From assembly GCA_031272945.1 (NCBI GenBank), contig JAISST010000115.1, forward strand, positions 1-55,713: a DNA stretch of 55,713 bases, written 5' to 3'. This DNA is from Fusobacteriaceae bacterium (lineage in GTDB: Bacteria > Fusobacteriota > Fusobacteriia > Fusobacteriales > Fusobacteriaceae). How positions within the stretch are numbered: the first letter of the stretch is position 1; each line of letters opens with the position of its first letter. The position numbers and the translations under genes were made by a program. Below the pieces are notes generated by a model. It was not told the DNA's origin. It did not search any database and saw nothing but the letters and a program-made list of their open reading frames with translations. This document shows positions 48,401-55,713 of the stretch, one piece after another.

Positions 48401-51400
48401 CAGCCATCTACAACGACGGCGGAACGCTGAACCTCGGCAGCCAGTTTACGGCAATCGGCTCAGGCTCTCTCGTAGCCACCACCAACGGAAACCTGAGTTC
48501 CGGAGCGACCATCAACGCCGCGGGATCGGCGGCGCTTCTGGGAAACTACACCGCAGGGGGACCCTATCTTGTGGAAAACTTGGCGGCGGGCATTATCAAC
48601 GTCACCGCCGGCGGCGTGGGATTAGGCGCCATCGGAACCGCGGGAGCGGCCACGGTAACTGTCCGGAACAGCGGCGTCATCACAGCCTCGGGGCTTTCCA
48701 CGGGTACGCCCGCAACGCCTTCGGTGGGCATTTACACAACCATAGCGGACATTGACAACGCCAATATCATCAACGTAGGAGCGGATGGCGCGGGAATCGT
48801 GGCGGACGGCAGCAACGCCACAGTCCGGACCGGAACCCTCAACCTCACAGGCGCCGGAGCCATCGGCTTTGTGGCCCAGGGAGCGGTAGGGGCCGTCACG
48901 GGAGGAACCACCGCTGGCTCGGCAAACGAGACCATCGGGGCCTATTTTGCGGGCGCAAACGTAGCGAGTCCCGATTTGGGGACCGTAACGCTTTTAGATG
49001 ACTCCATCGGGGCCTACATCACGACGGATACGCTGGCGACGCCGACGACCGTCGGCGGAACGGGTCTCAAGGGCGCGTTCACGGTGGGAAATTCCACGCC
49101 CGGCAAATCGGCCGTAGGCATTTACGCCGACGGCGGATCCTCCGTGATCCTTGACGGGGCCACAACCGTCACCACAGGAAACGATGCCATAGCCATCGCC
49201 TCCGTGGACGCGGGAACCACCATCAGCAATGTGAACCCCGGGAATCTTACCGTCGGCAATAACGGCGTGTACCTCTATGTGGAAAACGGCGGAGACATCA
49301 CGCTGCAGACGGGACTTCCGAACCTCGTGGCCAACGACCGGATCGGGGCCATGATCAACCAGGGCGGAACCATCACGAACTTAAGCGGCATTGACGTATT
49401 AAACGGCGGCGTCGGCGTCTACTTCGCGGGCGGCTTCTCGCCGGTAGCGACGATCAACGTATACGCCGGAACGGCGGCAAAATCCTCCGTCGGGGCCTTC
49501 TACAAGAATATCGCCACGGCCATCACGCTGCCGACCATCAACCAGACGGGATCCTATACCATCGGGGCCGTTCTGGAGGATACCTCCGGAACCATCTCCT
49601 CGCCCATCGCCATCGGCGGCGCGGGGGATACGGACCAGATCGGAATCGTAGCCTTGGGGAAGGCCGCGCCTGTGACCGTAGGGCTGGGGGCAGTGGCCGC
49701 AAACGGCGACAAGAATATCGGCGTCTACGCCGAAAACGCCTCCATCTCGGCAGGAGCCGTGACGACAGGGGGATCCAGCGCCAGCGCCGACCTCAGCAGT
49801 TCATCCATCGGCATCTTTGTATCCAAAGGAACGGGAAGCGGGACGACCTCCAACGTAACGGCGGCTTCGGTAGCGGCGGGAGACAATACCATCGGTGTTT
49901 ACGGAGAGGATCTGGACGGCGCGGGAATCACGGTTTCCGGCAATATTACAGCGGGAGAAAGCGCCATCGGCGTTTACGGCAAGAGCGCCGCGGGAACGAC
50001 AGCGCCAATTACCGGCAACGGAAACCTCACAGTGGGCGCCAAGAAATCCATCGGCGTCTTCGGAGAGGATACGGACATCTCCTTTACGGCGGCGGGTTCC
50101 GCCATGACCGTAGGAGCGGGTACCTCCGTCGGGATCGTATCGGAGGGCAAGGGTAACGTCAGCTGGAACGGAAGCGTCAATGTGGCCAACAAAGGCAACG
50201 GAACCGGATCCATCGCCCTCTATAAGAAGGGGGACCAGGGAACGATCACCACCGGCGGAAGTTGGAGCATTGGAGACGGCGGCTACGGAATCTATGTGGA
50301 TTCCACCCCGGCCTCGACCATCAACGTTACAAACGCCGCGTCCTTCACCCTGGGCGAGAGCGCCGTAGGCGCCTTCCTCAAGGGGACCGTGACCTTTACC
50401 AACAGCGGCAATGTTACGGTAGGGGCGACCGACACCGGCGCGGATCACGCCGATGTAACGGATGACCTCAATTCCGTAGGCTTCTATCTCGCCGACGGCG
50501 CGAAAGGATCCAGTTCCTCAGGCGTCACTATGAACGTAGGCTTTGGCCATTCCGTAGGCGTATACGCCGCGGGAACCGGCTCTGAATACACGAACAACGG
50601 CACAATCAATGTCACAAACGGCGGCGTGGGGCTCTTTGCCACGGAAAACGCCACCGCGATTAACAACGGGACGATTAACGTCGACGGGAAAGACCCCGAT
50701 CCCACTTGCACCCAGATGTCGATCGGAATGGCCGCCTATCAGGGCGCGACGATCCGGAACAACGGCGCCATCAATGTTACCAACGGCGCGCTCGGTATGC
50801 TCTTAGGCACGGGATCCCATCTCGTCAACGCGGGAACCATCACGATTGACGCCTCCAGTACCGCCATCAAGGGGAGCGTCAGTGTAACCGACGCCGGAAC
50901 CATCATCGGAACCGGCACGCACATTGACAACCCCAACTCGGCTACTGTGGGAGACGGTCCGGTACGGATCGAAGATCCCGGCGTCATCGTTATCGACGGA
51001 AAGTACGTGACGCTTGGCGGAACGCTGAAAGCCGACAAGCCCCTTGTACTACAAAACGTAATCGTGGATCTGACCAACTTCGATCCCGAACGGCCGCTCT
51101 TCACGTCTCCGGATACTTCGGGCGTCGTGCAGCTGCTTTCAACCTTTCCCGACATCGGCAACGGCTATGCCTGGAAGGTGGAAAACTTCCTGAACGCCCT
51201 GACCGGAGCGCCCACGTCGACCATCACCGTCAACACCTCGCCTCTGTTCCTGGCGAAGGTTGACGAGACCGACGGGAGTCTTCTCATCGCCAAGGAGTCT
51301 TATACGTCGCTTGCCATCGGCGGGCAGTATGAGGAAATCTTTGAAGGCCTTGACAGGATCCTCTACGAGGATCCCACAGGCGGTCAGAGCGCCTCCTCTC

Positions 51401-52482
51401 AGGTTATCAAGGGATTGAACAGCTATCTCGAGACGACGTATCAGGAAGAAGGGCTTGCCGAGTTCCACCGGGAGACAGCCCGGACCATGGGAGAAATCCG
51501 GGGAGATATTTACGCGACGATCCAGACGCGAATGCAAAACGTACAAAGCGCTTTTGACGGATCCTTCGACGAACTTGTAAACTCTTACAACTTCACGAAA
51601 GACACGGCCAAATACAGCGTAATCTACACGCAGGGAAGCCTGCACGACCAAACCGCCGGAATCGACGACTATGATTACCGCGTGCAGGGTCTCTACTACA
51701 TGAAGGAAAAAGAAGGAAGGAATTTCGGGAGCAAGTGGGGTTGGTCCATGGGATTCGCGGTATCGAGGTTTGACTTCGACGACGCGCCCAAGTACTTCGA
51801 CCGGTCCAAGGAAGACATCTACAGCCTGCGGGCGGGACTTCACTTTGTGAAGAACTTCGCGGACAACGACAGTCTCCACTGGACGTCACGGCTCGAACTG
51901 GGATACAACCGGCACATTGCCGAACGGACGCTGGAATTGGACAGAACATATAAAAACAAGGGCTCCTACAACTCGTTCCAAGTGACATTCGACAATAAGC
52001 TCGAGAAGACACTGATCCGAACACTCACCGGTAAACTTGACCTCTACGGGGCAATGAACCTCGAATATGGAACCTTCGGGAAATTCACCGAAAAAGCCAT
52101 GGGGGATTCGGGCCTGACGCTGGACGTCAAGGGGAAGGATTACATCAGTATCCAGCCTGAGGCGGGCATCAAAGCCGAGAAACGCTTCTACATCGGAAAG
52201 AAAGTATCGGCCAAGATCTTCGGCAGTCTCTCCGCCGCCTACGAGCTCGGCGAAAACTACCGGAACAATCGCGCGCAACTTCATGAAGCAGGAGATTGGT
52301 ATGATTTATCCGTACCCGAAAAAGAAGGCTGGATCGGAAAGGCCAAAGCCGGCATAACTTTCGAGAAGGCAAACCGTTACGGCGTCAGCTTCGATGTGGA
52401 AGCGCGCCAGCATGAGAATAAGAAAAATGTGGACGTACGGTTCGGCGTGAGGTTCAATTATAAGTTCATGAATGCACGTTAG
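42430..52482 (+). CDS. Giant type Va autotransporter adhesin (about 3350 aa)
   Basis: Extended signal (EKTLKSFLKRKK...FMITG), coiled coil, Pro/Val/Thr linker, long G(I/V)Y beta-helix repeats, C-terminal beta-barrel ending RFNYKF; start GTG 42424 or ATG 42430. Confidence 0.93.
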   Translation: MKDNMKSLAEKTLKSFLKRKKIGFTAALLTAFMITGEIVTGAAAGRSIEELSGIAAASQASLLDKIQMQKAEIEQLLAENEARLRELQGEELNLLRMADYYSKPIYPSTQIFFNFGYENSGDMKDRTGENFKETISAVQKDIQAGNIPDTVSQQDYDDYIAGRISEYELATRIVRETNGIVGAGEPHSFTIDLGVQIKPMQPDVPTISRSVSVSVDAPDVPSITVNPVQVSAPQFNVTFGGVTPPTIPPVPAISLNVNAPGAVAAVSVPTVTVPTVSVNPQAPIFTPTAVSSPTPPAEPSEPVIVVLTPANLTFNGTGFGQGTAPIVHANNSGSSMALENWSTYQTTAPVTIRAFTGEADVLNGFTVTGGNINVTAPDLGAANNSLTSTWQSTATIVAFISDAADHDVNIAGDYDMYVGPVNRTAYFVSLNPYQTGSGTKATVTDNVYQLDGNLTLHGVDRADTGTPILGTGTAILGFEHQLLARGGGGGQNFQRIITGQVTTELRVGPTGVIDLNSGSNMVGIQIDTEYGNTQTSGFVKRPVTANDGLIKISSGATESIAIDYGHYQTASPNTQVYLGNIVLEGTRSYGLRMKAYAEPAYYNLTTVYGTKSDGTAATVEVKGSQNIGIAMFMGPTDNAANIDARSYALTPGAAGALQPNTYVLTYTDPSDILNHLNITVGGSENVGFYRNFVNNPNAMVLQNTGTQTKVDSITFSAGATKSALIRSDNGEIIVDVNISTGATGVENTMLQAAGSGAVSGTVRNLKTVSTTVPVQEIYGMTAGSFPLAGAGSTNAYIYNEGVIDLQGQSSIGMAVDIGNYGYLISTSAANGIIKVKGQGAVAIYNKGTFELQGSPTVLADGKNAIALFNKGTVNGSTATTLEFTADNGATGIYSDGGTISAPASGLKVTVKNTSAGTDRGIGVYVKGTAGTDNFNNSYIDVQDGSAGVVADGKGLSLQNGTINFNNNGTGAMAYAVFTQNGGTIDLTNSTLNISGNSIGVEIDYAGGTPSVTLTGATVNTTGNAIGFSLKNNPGINVSNIIGDIGTLTGTAFSPTGTTIALLEGGKLFIDQTIEQAETGNSPGNNFYTRLMRQRSVINVGEHTTVAPPPGTPTVTAVPNVIVSATSSAAGQIVGIQTTSSNSATSNADTQINLKNNATVIADRLNAGAGGVGLYSNYGQISIQSGSKVLVETGDGVGLPQVPTGTSNTLNSNGVGVFIVNGAEVTNAGQIKVDGQGGVGIAGMSYRKTSAATNAGAEFNASGVLLPNQGKATITNDTGATIVTSGQSSVGIYAEANASSTGTDPAATASVTNKGLVDANGNNSVGVYLDKASFTNDPAGTVSTGATAGTGTVGLYAKNLTAAETISLGGTFKIGDAGVGILPADAATAGRMTVNGTLKLENAVAGDTSSKIGFDFDSLGSAITLGGTGTPVIDATNLVNGTAVYVKNNSITANVDIKLNGNQRGIYIDGAGNTVTLGVGKSIDIDNGAVGIYSNGNNTINAVTLTAKHNGSVGLYVVGSSTVTDLVAAAQDVSALTDSVVGVYVSGGTLTSVDGDADGFGIALTMGNPTPGADLGTGMYLTDGASVTGAAISLTNNSSTTNAGIYYKKGTGSSPVAHGVDLEFLSGSTVGIYTDDAITVNNAKDIVYNAAFSGNIGAFVAGGSTYNSSSTATTVLGGNSAGIVVGKGLGENLAAGVLTVNNATSAAMAALAPTAGDTGEAKNSGTINVTAGVGMLADSTGLAGTSVVTNNGTINVAGGVGMAVKDVKGVLQGTGIVNAASGTAAIYVENTGAGQTSGFTGTLNLSSGAVGIYANSAVVDTNLNLSAATTGAIGVYALGTAGTPTTITGNIDGSATTSTVSVYLGNEYVAFANNTVSAGITPSGPGMPSAVGVYIPASIPAYTLDNVTVKSDGAGTVGVYAGAAATDYGANALTEVRTNGIGIYVPGGATFGTQGGKIDIYSGIGVVLAAGSTGNIGTSGGLTVEFKGPGATAIYNDGGTLNLGSQFTAIGSGSLVATTNGNLSSGATINAAGSAALLGNYTAGGPYLVENLAAGIINVTAGGVGLGAIGTAGAATVTVRNSGVITASGLSTGTPATPSVGIYTTIADIDNANIINVGADGAGIVADGSNATVRTGTLNLTGAGAIGFVAQGAVGAVTGGTTAGSANETIGAYFAGANVASPDLGTVTLLDDSIGAYITTDTLATPTTVGGTGLKGAFTVGNSTPGKSAVGIYADGGSSVILDGATTVTTGNDAIAIASVDAGTTISNVNPGNLTVGNNGVYLYVENGGDITLQTGLPNLVANDRIGAMINQGGTITNLSGIDVLNGGVGVYFAGGFSPVATINVYAGTAAKSSVGAFYKNIATAITLPTINQTGSYTIGAVLEDTSGTISSPIAIGGAGDTDQIGIVALGKAAPVTVGLGAVAANGDKNIGVYAENASISAGAVTTGGSSASADLSSSSIGIFVSKGTGSGTTSNVTAASVAAGDNTIGVYGEDLDGAGITVSGNITAGESAIGVYGKSAAGTTAPITGNGNLTVGAKKSIGVFGEDTDISFTAAGSAMTVGAGTSVGIVSEGKGNVSWNGSVNVANKGNGTGSIALYKKGDQGTITTGGSWSIGDGGYGIYVDSTPASTINVTNAASFTLGESAVGAFLKGTVTFTNSGNVTVGATDTGADHADVTDDLNSVGFYLADGAKGSSSSGVTMNVGFGHSVGVYAAGTGSEYTNNGTINVTNGGVGLFATENATAINNGTINVDGKDPDPTCTQMSIGMAAYQGATIRNNGAINVTNGALGMLLGTGSHLVNAGTITIDASSTAIKGSVSVTDAGTIIGTGTHIDNPNSATVGDGPVRIEDPGVIVIDGKYVTLGGTLKADKPLVLQNVIVDLTNFDPERPLFTSPDTSGVVQLLSTFPDIGNGYAWKVENFLNALTGAPTSTITVNTSPLFLAKVDETDGSLLIAKESYTSLAIGGQYEEIFEGLDRILYEDPTGGQSASSQVIKGLNSYLETTYQEEGLAEFHRETARTMGEIRGDIYATIQTRMQNVQSAFDGSFDELVNSYNFTKDTAKYSVIYTQGSLHDQTAGIDDYDYRVQGLYYMKEKEGRNFGSKWGWSMGFAVSRFDFDDAPKYFDRSKEDIYSLRAGLHFVKNFADNDSLHWTSRLELGYNRHIAERTLELDRTYKNKGSYNSFQVTFDNKLEKTLIRTLTGKLDLYGAMNLEYGTFGKFTEKAMGDSGLTLDVKGKDYISIQPEAGIKAEKRFYIGKKVSAKIFGSLSAAYELGENYRNNRAQLHEAGDWYDLSVPEKEGWIGKAKAGITFEKANRYGVSFDVEARQHENKKNVDVRFGVRFNYKFMNAR

Positions 52483-52528
52483 GACCACACCCGCGGGATC
52501 TCGCCAATCCCGCGGGAGGCTACGCCAA

Positions 52529-52553
52529 AGGGCACGGCACGCCGTGCCCCTAC
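52529..52553 (-). repeat. GTAG-family REP palindrome within a four-hairpin cluster
   Basis: Minus strand reads GTAGGGGCACGGCGTGCCGTGCCCT. Confidence 0.75.
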
Positions 52554-52772
52554 GGCCGGCCTCGCAACCCCGCCGCCCTTCGGGCGGTCCGCCCCTTCGG
52601 AGAAGGGGCCTGAAGAAACGTTCTGATGGGAGATTTAAGAATATGGCAGTTGTTAAGGAATCCTCCTTCTTTCTGATAGAAACCATACTTCCCGATGCGG
52701 AGATATGATTTGTACCAGAAAGTATGATGAATAAGTTGATCATTTGATAAAGGAAGACTCAAAGGAGGAGAA

Positions 52773-55713
52773 ATGAAGGAAAACCCTGAAACCCGAAAAA
52801 ACGCATTACTAAGTAGCATTTGGATGAAGAGCGTGCGGCTGTGCGCTTTGATTCCGCTGGTCTTCTTGCTTGTGAGAAACGCGGCCCCGGCCACAACGGC
52901 GGAGCTGGAGGAAAAAGTCGCGTCCGATCAGGAGGCTTTGATATTAAGCATCGAGACGACGCGGGAAATGGTGAAGGACCTTCTCCATGAAAATGAGCAG
53001 AAGATCCGGGACGCCAGAAGAAACGAAATCAATCTGATCCGGGCGGGCGACTTCTATTCGAAGCCGGTTTATCCGTCTACGCAGATATTTTTCATGTATC
53101 TTTATGAGGAACAGGGTAAAGGGAAAAACAATAACAAGAAAGAATGGAAAAACACCATAAACGCCATCGCGTTCAGGTTGCAAGGCGGTCAGACTCCCAA
53201 GGGGAAGAATCCCTACAGCGAAGGGGAGTTGCGCGTCGGCCTCACCGAGAGTCTCGATCCCGTCCCCGATAAGGACAAGGATCCCAAAATAGACGGAGAT
53301 CCGGATTACAAGTCGGTATTTTCGTTTACGCCGGAACCGGCGGGGGGTTCCGTTACGAAATCCACGATGGCCTATTCTCCTTTGGCAGTGACAACTTCTT
53401 CCGATCCGCAGGGGGCTTTGGAAGGGGGAAACGGGGTATTTATTGAAGAGGAACCGTATATGGAGACCGTTGAGCTCGGCGCCAACATCAAGCCGCTGAA
53501 TCCGACGTTGCCCAATATTACGAAGGATGTGACGCTCAATGTGGGGTCCGCGACGTTGACGCCGCCGCCTACGCCGACGATTCCGACGGTGAATCCGCCC
53601 GGTACCGTAAGCGCGACGCCGGTTACGCCTTCGACGCCCGGCGCGATTTCTCCCGTGAATTTGAATCCTCCTACAGTAAATAAGCCAAGTACTCCGCAAG
53701 CGCCTGCTTTGAGCGTACCGACCGCACCGACGATAGCGGAATATACACCGGTCACGGTGGTAGCGCCTACAGCGCCCAGCGCACCTGTCGTTACGCCGCC
53801 GGGTCTGCCTACATTTACGTTAAGCGCGGCTTCGGCGGGAAGTGGTGATGCTGCATATTTTTTGGATAATAAACCTACTATTGGAACTCGGAATACAGTT
53901 ATTTCAGAAATTGCGATAACGGATGGAACTTTCACGGCAACCAGAAATGCGGCTGCGGGGGGGTTTACTTATTCATTTACCGGCTATAAAGGATACAATA
54001 TATACCCGCAAAGCACTGCCAATACAACGGCTAATGGAGGAATTGCCGCAGTAGCCACAAATGCAACCGCGACGATACCGGATGTGACCAATGTAACGAC
54101 AGGAACTGCTGCTCGCGGTATGATGCGCGCGCTTGTGCAAGCGATGTGGAATAACGGAGACTGGACATATAATTATACGCCTGCCGCCGCCGATATGGGA
54201 GCAAATAAAGATGTGAGAGAATTGGTTCATTATGATATACACAACCAAGGTCCCGGTAATATTGCCCGAAACACTTTGAAAGGACGACTCGCCGCCGCAG
54301 GCGCATCAGCCGAATTGCAAAATTCTTATCAATATGCGGAAGATATGGCTGCTGCTGCAAGAATTATCGCTTTTATTACAAGCGGCGACATAACGATGAA
54401 CGGATCAAATATGACGATCACCAATCAGTATAACCATACGAGCGGTCATCAGGCAATGCATGTGAACGATGGGAAAATTATTGTACAAAACGGTAGTTTC
54501 AACGCGATCTTTATGCAAGGCGGCGACAACAACGGCAACGATGGCGAAATCATGTATAATGGCGCAAACGGAGAGATCTTTATTAACACTTACAAAAGCG
54601 CTGGTTTTGCTTTTGGTACGGTGCAAAATAACGCCAACCAAAACATGCCTTTTCTTGCAAATGACGGGTTGTTTGTACTTTCAGGGGATGAAGGAAGCGC
54701 ATTTTATATCGGGAAATTAGAGTCAGGCGCTACTCCAAGCAAGCCGAATACAAAAATTAAATTCAACGATGATCCGATTGACCGCGGTTATGGAAATGAT
54801 ACCGGTATGCTTTATGTATTTGGAGATTTATCGTTTGGAATTTTTGTGCCGGAAAAAATAAGCCAAAGCGTTTCCAGCAACGCAGGAAAAGGGATTCGTG
54901 TATCCGTCGGCGGATATGATTCCGGAAAATTTGGTTCAGCTACTCCAGATGACGGTATTACAGAGAATGCTGTAGGAGTGGCAATCAAGAAACAGAATAC
55001 TGCAACAACTGTAGAATTGGATTATCATGAAATCCATGTCAATGGAAACTCTAAAAAGAGTGTTGGAGCTGTTTCTCTTGTGGATGCCGGATTGAATCTT
55101 CATAATGGGAAGATATCGGTAAATGGAGGAGAAAGTAATATCGGAATCTATGCCGGAGCGATATCAGGAGACAGCGGATCAAGCGTTACGACTACCGGCG
55201 ACCTCATTGCCGGGAACGGAAAAGTTAATCAAAACTGGAGCGGCGTGCAAGACGGAACAGGGATCAGTATTTCCGCCGTGGCCATCGAAGGCTCCGACGA
55301 TTCAACGGGATTCGGAGGATCGGAAAATTTCGCGGCTTCTCCCGGATCCACTTACAATGTGGCGCCCACTTATCAATTGGCTACCGGCACGGGCGTCAAT
55401 ATCGTCGCCTACGCAAAGGGAGGGCTTGATATTACGGCGGCCAACCTTGGCGGTATGGGTTCTGAAAACACTGTCGGCGTATATGCCGAAGGGAAAAACG
55501 GAACCGACGCTTCGACGATTACCATAACCAACGACGTCGAAATCATCGGTATGACCGTGACCACAGGAGCCACCAACGCCATAGCCGCCTTTGCCAAAGA
55601 CGGCGGAGAGATCAGTCTCACAAACAACAGACTGGCAAGTTCTTCGGGTACGAAATTCAGCGACAACAGATTAATCATGGATCAATACCCGGATATTGAA
55701 ATTACCGGAAAAA
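52773..55713 (+). CDS. Second giant autotransporter, N-terminal part, truncated by the window end
   Basis: Absent from the ORF track because it has no stop in the window. AAGGAGG RBS, then MKENPETRKNALLSSIW...RAGDFYSKPVYPSTQIFF..., a Pro-rich linker and GIY/GVY beta-helix repeats; paralogous to 42430-52482. Confidence 0.88.
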   Translation, partial: MKENPETRKNALLSSIWMKSVRLCALIPLVFLLVRNAAPATTAELEEKVASDQEALILSIETTREMVKDLLHENEQKIRDARRNEINLIRAGDFYSKPVYPSTQIFFMYLYEEQGKGKNNNKKEWKNTINAIAFRLQGGQTPKGKNPYSEGELRVGLTESLDPVPDKDKDPKIDGDPDYKSVFSFTPEPAGGSVTKSTMAYSPLAVTTSSDPQGALEGGNGVFIEEEPYMETVELGANIKPLNPTLPNITKDVTLNVGSATLTPPPTPTIPTVNPPGTVSATPVTPSTPGAISPVNLNPPTVNKPSTPQAPALSVPTAPTIAEYTPVTVVAPTAPSAPVVTPPGLPTFTLSAASAGSGDAAYFLDNKPTIGTRNTVISEIAITDGTFTATRNAAAGGFTYSFTGYKGYNIYPQSTANTTANGGIAAVATNATATIPDVTNVTTGTAARGMMRALVQAMWNNGDWTYNYTPAAADMGANKDVRELVHYDIHNQGPGNIARNTLKGRLAAAGASAELQNSYQYAEDMAAAARIIAFITSGDITMNGSNMTITNQYNHTSGHQAMHVNDGKIIVQNGSFNAIFMQGGDNNGNDGEIMYNGANGEIFINTYKSAGFAFGTVQNNANQNMPFLANDGLFVLSGDEGSAFYIGKLESGATPSKPNTKIKFNDDPIDRGYGNDTGMLYVFGDLSFGIFVPEKISQSVSSNAGKGIRVSVGGYDSGKFGSATPDDGITENAVGVAIKKQNTATTVELDYHEIHVNGNSKKSVGAVSLVDAGLNLHNGKISVNGGESNIGIYAGAISGDSGSSVTTTGDLIAGNGKVNQNWSGVQDGTGISISAVAIEGSDDSTGFGGSENFAASPGSTYNVAPTYQLATGTGVNIVAYAKGGLDITAANLGGMGSENTVGVYAEGKNGTDASTITITNDVEIIGMTVTTGATNAIAAFAKDGGEISLTNNRLASSSGTKFSDNRLIMDQYPDIEITGK

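Noticed and set aside
42430-55713. Diversity-generating retroelement or invertase shufflon acting on the autotransporters
   Set aside because: No reverse transcriptase or recombinase in the window, and I saw no template/variable repeat pair or inverted recombination sites.

Overview
A 55.7-kb chromosomal window from an unusually GC-rich Fusobacteriota-like bacterium. The taxon is inferred from Fusobacteriaceae-style giant autotransporters, their accessory coiled-coil protein and MORN2-repeat proteins. The first 40 kb are mostly housekeeping genes: ybaK-like, ruvC, bactofilin, mscL, proC, panE, ylxM-ffh-rpsP, ileS-lspA-glyQ-glyS, folE-folBK-folP, ClC, pepA, trmL, PIN-PhoH and kdsC. This part also holds a sugar ABC/epimerase/isomerase operon, an AT-rich toxin-first type II TA islet, a His-less sensor kinase and several uncharacterised exported proteins. 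The last 14 kb encode an adhesin locus: a coiled-coil protein, a 3350-aa type Va autotransporter, and a second paralogous autotransporter that runs off the window and is missing from the ORF track. The strongest unexplained signal is the 1.87-kb non-coding interval between kdsC and the adhesin locus (39982-41847). It holds three sigma70-type promoters. The first two each precede a large, multi-branched, terminator-bounded candidate structured RNA (about 650 nt and about 465 nt) with shared colinear motifs. The third has phased 21-bp direct repeats. A dispersed GTAG-type REP family is present, and one REP anchors a polarised 24-bp tandem array built from its own arm. All RNA pairings were found by eye and need covariance and expression confirmation.
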